DNA of 63,336 nt, counting the filler, from Globobulimina sp. (taxonomy: Eukaryota): NCBI GenBank assembly GCA_003354225.1. It is 32 parts of 32 records of this genome, joined end to end, with 100 filler letters (N's around TTAATTAATTAA, not from the genome) between each part and the next. Parts side by side here need not be neighbours in the genome. Positions count along the whole stretch, not along the records: positions 21,822 to 23,704 come from PIVH01010932.1; positions 23,805 to 25,687 come from PIVH01010933.1; positions 25,788 to 27,670 come from PIVH01010934.1; positions 27,771 to 29,653 come from PIVH01010935.1; positions 29,754 to 31,635 come from PIVH01010936.1; positions 31,736 to 33,617 come from PIVH01010937.1; positions 33,718 to 35,599 come from PIVH01010938.1; 25 more parts are not named here. One strand, written 5' to 3'. Positions 23,488 to 35,699 of this stretch are shown in pieces (position 1 is the stretch's first letter; the number at the start of each line of letters is the position of its first letter). Under the pieces are notes generated by a model that had not been told where the DNA came from, made no database searches, and worked only from the letters and a program-made list of their open reading frames with translations. The translations under genes were made by a program, and so were the position numbers.

Positions 23488-23703
23488 TTATACTTTAGAA
23501 TCAAAACCATTAAGTACCGGCTCAAATCCCTTGCGCATCTTTTCCTGGCCTGTGGCGGAGAGAGATGCCATAGTGCGGCCGTGAAAAGATTTTTCCATGG
23601 TTATCATCTTATACCTTCCACTCTCCTGGCCATAGGCCTTAGCCAGCTTTATGGCTCCTTCGTTGGCCTCTGCGCCACTATTGGCAAAAAATACCTTACC
23701 ACC
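23488..23703 (-). CDS. argD: Bacterial acetylornithine aminotransferase fragment (chimeric contig end)
   Basis: [62 protein letters not shown]; higher GC than the flank; ends abruptly. Confidence 0.85.
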   Translation of the reverse strand, partial: GGKVFFANSGAEANEGAIKLAKAYGQESGRYKMITMEKSFHGRTMASLSATGQEKMRKGFEPVLNGFDSKV

Positions 23704-24488
23704 ANNNNNNNNNNNNNNNNNNNNNNNNNNNNNNNNNNNNNNNNNNNNTTAATTAATTAANNNNNNNNNNNNNNNNNNNNNNNNNNNNNNNNNNNNNNNN
23801 NNNNTCAGGCTCCACATTTGTTACTGTAAAATATAAATCAGCAGAAATCTGCACATTACTTTGTTTCTGAAACCAATATACATTGTATTGCATAGTCTCA
23901 ATAACAATGGTGAGATTCAATGTGTTTGCACCATTCGAGGAGATAAAGGAGACATATGTTCCGCCATTGGTCAACGGACCGGAACCAAATCCTGCCGATC
24001 TGTACAATAATACCAATCATTATTCAACACATCCACAAACTGTGCAGTATGCGCATTCATCCATAGTGGACTCATAACTTCGTTGATGTGTAATTGCCAT
24101 AAATATAGTTCCAATTAAGCAATCTCGCCCAACATCCACCACCTATCGCATCGCTATTCGTCGAGGAATCCTCTGAGCTCCACAATATTTTACCACTTTC
24201 TGTTGACTATGATTTCGTTTGTGTTTCCTTGTTCGTTCCTTTTTGTTTACAAAAGGTCACGAAATCTTACCGTTTCTGTGGAAAGAGCCACGTATTCTGA
24301 CCATTATCTGATCGTTTTCTGAACTCAGAAAAGATTTCTGACGAAAGTGTTTTTATGACTATTTTCTAACATTTTTTATGACTATTTTCTAACTTCGAAT
24401 ACTAGGTTGAAAACCACTTGAAATGAAATGAAACGAAACTAAGCCAAAAAAGTTAAATATGCCATTTTATAGTGCCATTTGGAGTTTG

Positions 24489-24535
24489 AATTACAGAGGT
24501 GTTCCCGATAAGAATTACAGAGGTGTTCCCGATAA
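24489..24535. repeat. Short tandem duplications in a mostly non-coding contig (a second pair lies at ~24350-24393)
   Basis: aattacagaggtgttcccgataa x2; tttttatgactattttctaac x2. Confidence 0.8.
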
Positions 24536-25820
24536 ATATTATTATATGATCATATATGATATGATCCCTTGACAGGTCCACCATATGATTAAAACTAATA
24601 TATATATGAGTATATCGGTAACACCTCTGTATTGCAAACCATTTCCATTAGGGGTGTCCGATAAGTACTGATTTTTTTCCTGTTTGAAAAGGTTTTTTTT
24701 TTGAGTACTGATCTTATCAAACACCTCGCCAACCGTCGTTATGCCTGTGCCTCATCATTATATATTGATGATATTACTGTATCGCCACAAAAACACTCCT
24801 TCAAATGCCATTACATTCATCACAATTTTTCATTAATGTTTGAGTTTGTTGTGGCTTTAGAAAAACACTTTTGTACGTGATTGGTAAAAGTTGTACATGA
24901 ATAACATGATTGATAAAAGAAACAAAATAAATAATATAATATCCATTATCCATAGATTACTCGCTTTGCTCGGCAAAGCATCCATTGTTTTGATGTTTGT
25001 AGCCAAAAACTGTTTGGGACTTTAAGTTAATGTCATCCTCGTTTCGTCTTTCGATGGTATTTTAATGTTATATTATGGATTTATTGCATTCAGGATCTAT
25101 TTTATCTGTTTTGTTTTGTGTTTTGTTATTTTTTATGTCCCATGAAACAAATCAATATCTCTGAAATTATAAATATGTACATGATCATATTTATAATTTC
25201 AAAAATATCACGGGAATATTATTTTTTATTATCATACTGTAGGGTCTTTTTTTGGGAAAAATATTGTACCCATATTCAGGTATCTTGTCTGTGTAACGTG
25301 TTTCCAAAAACAAAGTTTTTCTGACTTTTTCACGTCGAGGGGCGCCCTTGATATTACTGAATATGGGTAAAATACTAAAAATATTATAGTACTGTTACTA
25401 TGCTAACTATCCGACAAACCAGAAACGTTTCAAAATTAAATTAAATTAAATTTGATAAAGTTAAAGTACCAAACAATAAAACACAAATTAATTATTAATG
25501 ACAAAGAAAGAAAAAAGCATAAAAAACTAGAAAAAAAAGGAAAGCTACTAATCTTAACGAGCAATGTCAAAGTTTGTTACATAAGACAGATGAAATAATG
25601 CACATAAAAAGTTGAGAGACAGCAATAATAATTGAGATTATATTTAAAATTTGTAAATTATCTTTCAAATTATGTTCGATAATGATCNNNNNNNNNNNNN
25701 NNNNNNNNNNNNNNNNNNNNNNNNNNNNNNNTTAATTAATTAANNNNNNNNNNNNNNNNNNNNNNNNNNNNNNNNNNNNNNNNNNNNGCATTAAATATTA
25801 ATAAAATATATTCCAATGTA

Positions 25821-26366
25821 TTGACAATACAAACCCCAAAATTCAAACGAATGCAATCGAGTATCTTGAATATTAATGAAGAGATTCAATTAATGGAATG
25901 GATACCACATTCAAGTCGTTGTTCATTTGAATTATTATTCCGTGGCAGCAGGGATGGCTTTGCTGCATCCACTTTCCATCAAAAATGCGATGATCAGGGA
26001 AAAACATTGGTAATTGTTGAATCCGCAAAGAAGAATATATTTGGTGGATATACAGAAAAATCATGGAAATATAGTGGTGATTATACAGCAGATCCTAAAG
26101 CATGGATATATTTATTAAAAAGTGCAAGAGGCGACAAACCTGAAAAATGGACACCAACTAAATATCCACAATATAGTATTTACGCACACACTTCATATGG
26201 TCCAACATTTGGTGGACATGATATATATTTGGCAGATTCATGTAATAGTAACACATCATCATATTCCAATTTGGGACATAGTTATTCAGCGAATCCAGAT
26301 CGAAATAAATTAGCAGGTTCATATAATTTTAAGGTGACTGATTATGAGGTATGGAAAATATCATAA
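25821..26366 (+). CDS. TLDc-domain protein (C-terminal exon)
   Basis: LLFRGSRDGFAASTFHQKCDDQGKTLVIVES..NIFGGYT...YGPTFGGHDI...F.V.DYEVW. Confidence 0.92.
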   Translation: MTIQTPKFKRMQSSILNINEEIQLMEWIPHSSRCSFELLFRGSRDGFAASTFHQKCDDQGKTLVIVESAKKNIFGGYTEKSWKYSGDYTADPKAWIYLLKSARGDKPEKWTPTKYPQYSIYAHTSYGPTFGGHDIYLADSCNSNTSSYSNLGHSYSANPDRNKLAGSYNFKVTDYEVWKIS

Positions 26367-26662
26367 GTAAAATAAAAACATATATTATGGTGTGATTTGT
26401 TTGTGTTTTTGCATTTTATAATATAGCATTTTAAATGAAATCATATACGTTTCATTTGATAATAATTAATATTAAAATGATTTATTCTCGCAATCAATAT
26501 TTTCCATGATAAAGACTTTGATGAAATGACAAAGAATTGAACATCAGGAAAACAAAGCGTCATTTCTCCGAATTGATTTAAATTCCAACCCTTAATTTAA
26601 AGTTTTTGACTCTTGCGAGTGCGAGGATCAAAGTCATAAAACAGTATTAAATATATTACAGT

Positions 26663-27670
26663 TCACAATATATCTCCAGGAAGCAACGTGACACGAATAA
26701 AATTCTTAGTTTTATTATTATTGGTCCACATGAACGAATCTGTTTGAGCCAAACACATTGCACAGCATGGATACCATTCCATTTCTGTCGCATCCAATGA
26801 CGAAATATTACTTTTCAATGAAATGCAAATTAAACTTTCATTCTTTGTCCGCTCGTCTGTACTTTCATACTGTCGCTGTCTTTTAAATATTAACATTTTC
26901 GTGGTCCAATCTATTCCCATTGTAATTGTCTCAAATTTTCGCAAAGCAATTCCATTTTGTACTGCTTTTTTCTTCCCATCAATATCCACTGTAAATAATA
27001 CGCCTTCCTCTCGATGTCTTTTGTACATATTTCCGAATGAACTCGATTTCCGATGACAGTGCTGATTGTATGTTGAGGCTAAACCAATAAAATATTTCTT
27101 TTTTGTTTTTGGGTTATATGCATTGGACGCAATCCCTATTTTGTGCGAGCCATGCAATGCACACTCATTTCGATCCAATTTGCTGTCAATGGAATGTTCA
27201 TAGATTTCAAATGATATCGATACCAACGATGTAAGTCCATCTTTGCTTTGATACGGAATACGTTCACTCGATTGAACATAATGCATTTTGCTGTACATTT
27301 AATTAATAATAATAATAATGCATAAAATATATAGTGCGCAGTACCTGAGTTGTCCGAAATTTATTTCATTTCTCCTTTTCCTAAATGATTGTTGATGTAT
27401 TATGGCTGACTTATTGCTGTCAGATAACTGTATTAACGCAGACTTATGATCTTGTGTCGACCAACGCAGTTTAAATGCCATTGGTTCGATGCAGAATGAC
27501 AATACCTTTGAGTTAATGCAACGAATTAAAAGCTGATCATCTATTAATGTATGACACCAATAATATAAAATAGTTTTGATATTCTGTTTATTTCTGCGTC
27601 TTTTAAAAGATTCCATGTCTGAACATTGTATGGAAGTATTGACTCGTTCCAATGCTATGTCGGGCGGTGT
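26663..27670 (-). CDS. SPRY/B30.2-like beta-sandwich protein (partial, one intron ~27296-27345)
   Basis: KIGIASN...ETITMGIDWTTKMLIFKR...WYPCC fits the SPRY-like pattern. Confidence 0.45.
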
Positions 27671-27770
27671 NNNNNNNNNNNNNNNNNNNNNNNNNNNNNN
27701 NNNNNNNNNNNNNNTTAATTAATTAANNNNNNNNNNNNNNNNNNNNNNNNNNNNNNNNNNNNNNNNNNNN

Positions 27771-28138
27771 ATGTAGAGGTTGTCAAATAATGTTTTACTG
27801 CAGCCGATCCTGTCAAAAATTCGATTGGTCGCGAGGTGAACACAGATTGCATTGTAAAACATTGCAAAATATTTAAATTCATTGTTTGGTTTATCCGTTT
27901 TATTCACATGTTTGTATGTATGGTTATGATTTACAATTGCGTTTGCTGCATGTTTGTATGTTACAGATTGAGGTCGGTTTGGTGACAGTTTTGATTTTAA
28001 ATAGCAGCCAATTAAATATGTTAATTCATTTTTATTTAACGATAACACAAATTGTTGCAATGCTTTTAGTGGTGCTGATTGTATGGCTTTTCGTGATTTA
28101 ATAAAAGACCACACATCTTGCCCTTGTTTAGTTGACAT
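27771..28138 (-). CDS. Hypothetical protein N-terminus (partial)
   Basis: ORF from ATG running off the contig. Confidence 0.4.
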
Positions 28139-28185
28139 GATGTTTTAATGTTTTTTAACAAAGATTTGATTTAATGTTTTTTAAG

Positions 28186-29653
28186 TTAAATGTTTGCATG
28201 TCTCTCAATAATCTTTTGTATTGCTACAGGATTTGAGGCATAATCATAAACCGTATGCTGATATTTCATGCTATAATCACCATTTTTCAATGGTTTAAAT
28301 ACATAAATACTATCAGCAACAATTTTATCTGAAGAATCCATTTTATCTGAATAATAATTCCATCTTCCAATCATATATTCACTTTCAATGTACATCGGAC
28401 TTATAAGGCAAATATCGGAATTAAATAATAGAATTTATCCACTTTGCTAGTGCACATAAATGTCATTATTTAATTCCGAAAACTTACCTCAACGCATAAA
28501 ATCTTTGCCTTCCATGCCCTGAATTCAACAATGTCGATGGACATAAACTAATAATCATTTTCTCCTCAAACACAGAGTTTTTAATCGCAGCCAGTGCTAA
28601 ATTATGCGCAGCCATTAAATATCTAAAATCCGCATTCATAATCACAACATCAAATGGCTTCCCATTCAATACATATTTATCCATAAACCACTCACTAAAA
28701 ACATCACAATGTATCCATTTTGCATGTGATGCCCATATTTCCCGTCCAGATTTCATTCGATATCTATCAATCTCAACCGCCGTAATATTATGTCTCTCAT
28801 CAATCTCTTTGGTGATATTGCCATTTCCTGCAAATAATTCCAAAATATTTAATTTTTTAAATGTATGGCTGTCATTCTTATGGTATGGTATCAAGGCACA
28901 CATTAAGCGAGCTGGCGGCGAGGGAGTTCGTGGAAATATGTCTGATTCAATTAACCGATTTATTATTTCGAACTTATCACTGTTATCTGCTGAGGGATCA
29001 ATGCCAATTCTTAAACATTTCTGCTTTAATTCGGTTAATGTTTTACCATTTAATTCATTCATATCTCCGCCATATTGAATATTTTCACCTTTCTGAATAT
29101 AGCCATTTGATGCTGACTCATTCATCATTGTAATGACTGAAAATAATTTCTTTTGGGATGACATAATATTTCCATTGTTATCCGAACACATTAAACAAAC
29201 ATAATTGCGTTTATTAATATTATTTGCTGCATATTTTATGCATTGTTTATGTTGCAGATGTTTGCATAAATTACATTCAACAAACTGCGAAATATCGTTA
29301 GTATTATATTGATATTCACGATTTGTTCTACATTTGACACAAAATATATACATATTTTTACTCATTTTCTTTGAGGAAACGTGGATTTTAAAAGTTTGCG
29401 ATTTTCCATAGGCGATGTAATTTACACTGTGTTTGTCAACGGGTTCGCAAACTGTTATTGCTATTTTGTATCCATTTGCTGCATTTAATAGTTGTGTCGC
29501 TTTATTTAATTCGATTATTTCTGAATAATATCGGTCTCTCTTTATCTTTGGTGTAATATTTTTATTATTTATATTTAATGAAATATTATTGATTGAGCTT
29601 CGATTATTTTTATTTTTATTTTCATCAAAAATTGGAATTAAAAATATCTCAAA
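28186..29653 (-). CDS. PHD finger + SAP/HeH-like + N6-adenine methyltransferase-like protein (5' truncated; intron ~28404-28487)
   Basis: C4HC3 PHD (CVKC...VECNLCKHLQHKQC...YVCLMC); LNGKTLTELKQKCLRIGI; motif I ILELFAGNGNI; motif II ITAVEID; WIHCDVF; motif IV FDVVIMNADF. The frame is open to the contig edge. Confidence 0.78.
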
Positions 29654-29753
29654 NNNNNNNNNNNNNNNNNNNNNNNNNNNNNNNNNNNNNNNNNNNNTTA
29701 ATTAATTAANNNNNNNNNNNNNNNNNNNNNNNNNNNNNNNNNNNNNNNNNNNN

Positions 29754-31465
29754 AGGTGGATTATGATGAAATATGTAGTGATTTTTGGCAGAATTATACA
29801 GTGGGTTTAACTTATAATTATTGTGGTGTATTGTCAGTAGCAAATAATGCTTTCATACCATTGGAATGTACTGACAGATATTCTTTTTTATGTAACAAAC
29901 CAAGGAATAAAGCTGGGATTTGCAAAAGTAAAAGCAAACAAATATATTGTCCACCAAGCAAACAACTGTTAGAGATTAATTTAAGTGATTCATCAAATGC
30001 TATTGTTGATATTGCCGCGGATTGTGGACAGGCAGTGCAAGAAACGGATGGTTGGCGATATATAAATCCTGGTCCAGGCATGCAATGTAATAAAATTAAT
30101 TGGTACTTTGAATGGTTTGATGTCAATGAGACTGCCGTAAGTTTAGGTTGTTTAAATAAAATACAGTTTTCAATGCGTGGTATCACGGAACAAGTATTCA
30201 TTCGCGTATATACAAAACCGACTGGTGACTCTAATGTGGATATTGCGTGGTATGCGAGTTCAATGTTGACCTCCGCAGACACCTTAGGGACTGTCAATGG
30301 ATATTTTGAGACATTTACTACATTCACAGCATGGTTGCCGGGCGACTATGAAGCGATTGTTGGCTATAAAAATAATGATTATAGCAACAGTAAAGCGGCA
30401 TCCATGCGAGATTTATATAATGAAGAAATATTAGGCATTGCATTGAACACAAATGCAGCTGCTCTGCATAAAGGAGATAATGATTTTATTGTTAAGAATT
30501 TTACTGTGCAATATAATAAAGAATGCAATGTGTGTCCAGTGACTAAAGTATTTAATATGGAACAGAAAGAAAAGGAAAAATGTAATCATAATATGGATGT
30601 TATATTTGTGGTGGATGTTGGTTGTGTTATGAATGGAAACAATCAATGTGGCAACAGACAGAATGCAATCAATGAAATGGTATTGGCACTGAGTGAGATT
30701 GCTACATTGAAAAATATTAATATTCGCATTGGATATGTTTTTTATACACAACTGAGCGGATTAACCACCATACACTTAAATGATTACAATACAATAAATG
30801 AGACAAATATTAATAGATTAATGAAAAACATTAATGGCCAAATTTGTTATATTGCAGGTAAAATTAGTATCTATTCAGGTATACGGGAAGCGATAAATGA
30901 ATTTAAATTAAATGGAAATACGTCATATGAGTCAGATAAACGGATCATTTTATTATCACAATGTATAAACCAACAAGAGACAGATCCATGTTCGTTGACA
31001 GATTATGGTGAAAAAGAATTGATTGTACAAGGAAAAACAGTTCAATTTACTGTTATAAATAGCGTCGGGGATGAAGGACATGATCCATATAATTATTTAT
31101 CATGTTTATCAAAACAATTATTTGTCGTTAATGATTATAATGATATATTTGAATGGGAGAATGTGATTAATAATTTTAAATATTCAGTATGTGGAATATT
31201 ACCAATTGCAACAATAAATCCATCATTATCACCAACAATAAATCCAACTATAAATCTGGACTGTCAATTATCAAATAATTATAAACCATGCAATTGTTTT
31301 ATTGAATATTCTAAATGTAATGACAGAATTGATTGTATTTGGAGTAATGTTGTTAATGAATGTTCAAATAAAACAATGGCAACACCACCGCCAACAGATA
31401 GAATACCTACATTAAGACCAACGCGACGAATAAAAACGCATAGACCTACCAGAAGAATAAAATAA
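29754..31465 (+). CDS. Extracellular-type protein: C-type-lectin-like end, beta-rich domain, degenerate VWA domain, Pro/Thr repeats (5' truncated)
   Basis: C...ECTDRYSFLCNKP; MDVIFVVDVGC...IRIGYVFY...IREAINEF...KRIILLS; NPSLSPTINPT and RPTRR repeats. Confidence 0.65.
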
Positions 31466-31764
31466 TATTTTCAGAGCTTTCCACTTTATTGTTTTTTTGT
31501 GCATTGTCGTAATGCTATTAATTTTATATTTTTTTTTCATTTACTACTTTTTTTTTGTTTTGTTTTTAGGGTATTTTATTTTTACGTACTAGTAAACCAC
31601 TTTGTTATTTATTTATACTTTTTTCTCCCTTATTTNNNNNNNNNNNNNNNNNNNNNNNNNNNNNNNNNNNNNNNNNNNNTTAATTAATTAANNNNNNNNN
31701 NNNNNNNNNNNNNNNNNNNNNNNNNNNNNNNNNNNAATGCAATATTATAGTGTCATTATATAAT

Positions 31765-33609
31765 TTATGGCAACGCTTCAACACTTTCGTTTTTTCCAAC
31801 TAAAGACGAAAAGAATGAGGTTTTTTTGCTGTTATTTTTATTGTTGTTATTGTTGTTATTTTCATCATTGTTAGCTTGATGCGCATTACTTTCAGCATTA
31901 TTAATTTCCTCTAAATCTTGTTGTTTCATCATATCCATTTGTTGTATATTTATTTTATTTTGCGTTCTTAATTCAGAGACCAATCTTATCCTCCTTTTGA
32001 ACAACATTTCCCTCGCAATAATTTGTTGCGATAATCGATGCAAATTAGCAGTGGTTCTCTGTAATGGTATTTGGAATGTGATTAACTCTGAGATTGTATT
32101 CAATTCATCCTCCCAGATTTGCGTCAAATTCTCAATTTCTATATTTAACCCATTGATCATATCCAATTTCAATGACGTAATAACATCATGTCCCAACAAT
32201 GAATTATCACTCTTTGCCTTCTTGACATCATCGATTATCTTACTTTCATTCTTTAAATGATTGTCCTTATCATTCTTATATTTATATTCCTTCTCTTGTC
32301 TGACACAAACACCGTAACAGTTACATATAAATACAAACGTTTCTCGCAATTTATATTACAAATTATGAAAAATATTTATATTCACATACAAAAAAAACAT
32401 GTTAGCATCAAAAGATTCATTTAAACTGTTTCAATGCTCGTTTTTTTGGGCATGTACAAGGTGTCGATCATAGCAAGTACCTCAATTGGTTCATGGCTTT
32501 CAATTTCAACAAAGTTTTCTGATATTCCCGCGCATCTCTCATGGTTTTGTTTTTCTGCAAACTGAGAGCCTCTCTCATGGCGACCAACACGCGTTTGGCA
32601 GTCTGCTCAGTTTCGTGCAACTTGTTTTGTGCAAGCAACCTCCGTCCAACTTTATGCTTATTCGACTTTTGTTCATCATCATCAGAATCGGCCTCATCCT
32701 CATCCTCATTCTCGTCAATCGCTTGCGAGCAGGTCATCCATTTAAAAGTTTTGATGGAATGCAACTTTAAATCAAACACACATTTTATATTTTCGTTATT
32801 TGCATACGATTTATCATTGATTTTATTGCGTTGCAACCGCTGTATGGCGTAGTCATATCTCTCTTCATTGATATATTCGTTGTTGTATATATTATATTTC
32901 TTTGGTAAATGCTTCACGATGTCTTCACTGAATTTGCCAAAGATTTCCAACATTTCCTGCCGTTTATCTGTGTATATGTATATACGGTGTGTGTATACAT
33001 AGTGTTTCTGATATAATTTCGTATAGAAACGCATTTGTTAATGGCTTCAATGATACCTAATTTGCTGGATATCCGCGCAAAGGCTCTGATACTGTTCGAT
33101 TTGCAGAATTTATGTAATTGAGTGTCAGTTAAGATGGCCTCATCCGATAAGTCGTATTTCGAGATCAATAAATATAAACGAGGCAGCAATATGTCTTGCG
33201 TGGTGGTGTTAGAGTCATTGTGTTGTGATTCTAATAAACGTTTTAAATAAACTGATACGGAATGGAGCCTATGTATTAATTGAATGAGTGCAAGGATGTA
33301 TGGATGAGTGCATGTGGGATACCATTGGTCAATGGCTTGGATGTTGGTAAAGTTTGTTAGATCCGCTACTAATACAATTCCATGCGCCTGGTGGAATATT
33401 AATGGTTCGTGGACACCACCTAATTCTGCATGCGATATGTCCCAAATCCATAACGATTCCTTTGTCTCTGTATGTTCCAATCTGATTTTGTGTTGATCGA
33501 TGCCAATGGTTGGATCGTATTCGGCGCTAAATTTCTGTTTGTTTAGTATGCGCACAATCGATGTTTTACCGGATTGATGGCCACCTAGAAATACCATTTT
33601 TAATGTCAT
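31765..33609 (-). CDS. Atypical Rab/Ras-like GTPase domain fused to a coiled-coil C-terminus (multi-exon)
   Basis: G1 GGHQSGKTS, G2 YDPTIG, G3 WDISHAE, G4 SKYD, G5 ISSK. Downstream exons are coiled-coil. Confidence 0.65.
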
Positions 33610-33717
33610 TTCTATCGNNNNNNNNNNNNNNNNNNNNNNNNNNNNNNNNNNNNNNNNNNNNTTAATTAATTAANNNNNNNNNNNNNNNNNNNNNNNNNNN
33701 NNNNNNNNNNNNNNNNN

Positions 33718-35293
33718 TTGTTTTCAGCCTGCTTAAGCATGTTTTTTTTCCAAGGTCTGAACAATTGTTGGCTGCCATGTTGGTGGAATTGGTGAAAAGT
33801 GCTTCGCAGCAGTTTGGTGTACCCGCTTTGAAAGACGTGGTGGTGAGTATTCCTGCTATTTTCCATGATGCGCAACGGAAAGCGGTTCGCACCGCCTGTG
33901 AAATTGCAGGTATGTTACGATAATTTGTAGCAGTGTAAATGTGTAAATGTGTAATGTTGTGATGGTGGGACATAAACAGGTTTGGATGTTAAATTGTTGT
34001 TGGTGGAGCCGAGCAGCGCCTCTATAGCTCATATGTATTATGCTCGAATGGAAGAATTGCAAGAGTTTAAGAAATATTTTATGACATTGGATGTTGGTGG
34101 CGGCACTACGGATGTTTCAGTGCTACGTTGTACCGGCGTACATTGTCAGGTGTTGGGGGTGGCAGGTAACTCATCGTTGGGTGGTATTGATTTTGATAAT
34201 GTTATTGTTGATATCATGATTGGTAAAATGTTGTTGAATGATAAGCATTTAAGAAAAGATGAGTTGATTGGGACAATGTTATATGATGAGATTGTATCTG
34301 TCGCAGAAACAGTTAAAAAAGCATTGTCGACAGAGAATCAATATATGGTTCGATTGAAAAATGATAAAGAAAATAAATACCAGCCATTAATTGTTACAAG
34401 AAAAGAATTTGAACAACATCCGGACACTGTAAAATTAGTAAATTGTATCATTAAATTAGCAAAGAAAGCAATGTATGACGACAATCCATTAAGTAACAAG
34501 AAAGGAAATGAACATTTAACAAATATTAAAGCTGTTAAGTATAACCATAATACTATAATTCACATAATTTATTATGTGTGTCTTGTGTGTCTTGTCCATA
34601 TATAATATGTTTTAATATATATAAGAATGTTTTGTGTGCTTTTCATAGATGTTATTGATTGGAGGAACAGTTAAAATCCCATTGGTTCGAGAGATGTTAA
34701 TGAATGAATTTGTCGAAACGCAATTAATTTATCCAGATAATGATCCACAATTAATGGTTGTGGTCGGAAGTGCCATTATCGGCGCTTCCATGGCCTATAC
34801 CGAGCCAAGCAATTCTGATATATTACAAAATCAAATACCAACAATAACAATTGATGATGTATTGCCAATGAGTTTTGGTTTTGATGTTTGTATTATTGAT
34901 TACAATGAAGAAGATGGTCATAAATGTGGTGTTATGGACATATTAATCCGTAAAAATAGTAAATATCCAACCAAAGGATCGGGTATTTATTGTCAAAAAT
35001 TAGCAACGGCGTCAACTGCGACTTTAATGTTCTATGAAGGCGATGATAAACAAGTGAAAAATAATTTTTTTTTAACCAAATTGGAGATATTTAATGTACC
35101 AAAAAGAAGTGAGTATGAATGTAATAATATTATGGTTGAATTGAGTATAAATGAAAATGGCATTGCAAATATTACTGCAAAAACAAATAATCAAATATTT
35201 ACTAAACAATTACCTGTTCAATCAAATGATGGACATTTAACAAAACTACAAATCCAATCATTAAATGCGCAAGTCATGTCATGGTTTTTTTAA
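33718..35293 (+). CDS. Divergent Hsp70-family protein (5' truncated, two introns)
   Basis: VVVSIPAIFHDAQRKAVRTACEIAG, EPSSASIA, LDVGGGTTDVS, LGGIDFD, LLIGGTVKIP, DVLPMSFG, FYEGD; short C-terminus. Confidence 0.88.
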
Positions 35294-35699
35294 TATTTAG
35301 GCTTGCTATTAATTGTTTAATTTTGGGAGTGTGCGTTGTCCTCTTTTCTAAATTTATTATACTTACTAAATAATAGGTTTTTGCATAGAGCAAAAAACAT
35401 CAGATAAAGTTACTTTTATAGGCGTTTTTGGGAATAAAAAAGGGTACATCGTTTCGATTCTGAATAATATTGTAGAAATTGCATGATTATCGAAATCTTG
35501 AAAACTGTGGTCTTTTATATTAAAATAAACAAACAACATATAACAATTAAAATATGTTCATGACTACTAGTAGTCATGTTTTTGGGCTAAATCTAGGGGN
35601 NNNNNNNNNNNNNNNNNNNNNNNNNNNNNNNNNNNNNNNNNNNTTAATTAATTAANNNNNNNNNNNNNNNNNNNNNNNNNNNNNNNNNNNNNNNNNNNN

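Noticed and set aside
24350-24670. Short repeats (gaggtgttcccgata, with related inverted and variant copies) as a possible CRISPR array or transposon end
   Set aside because: Only two adjacent exact copies, no spacers and no associated transposase; eukaryotic context.
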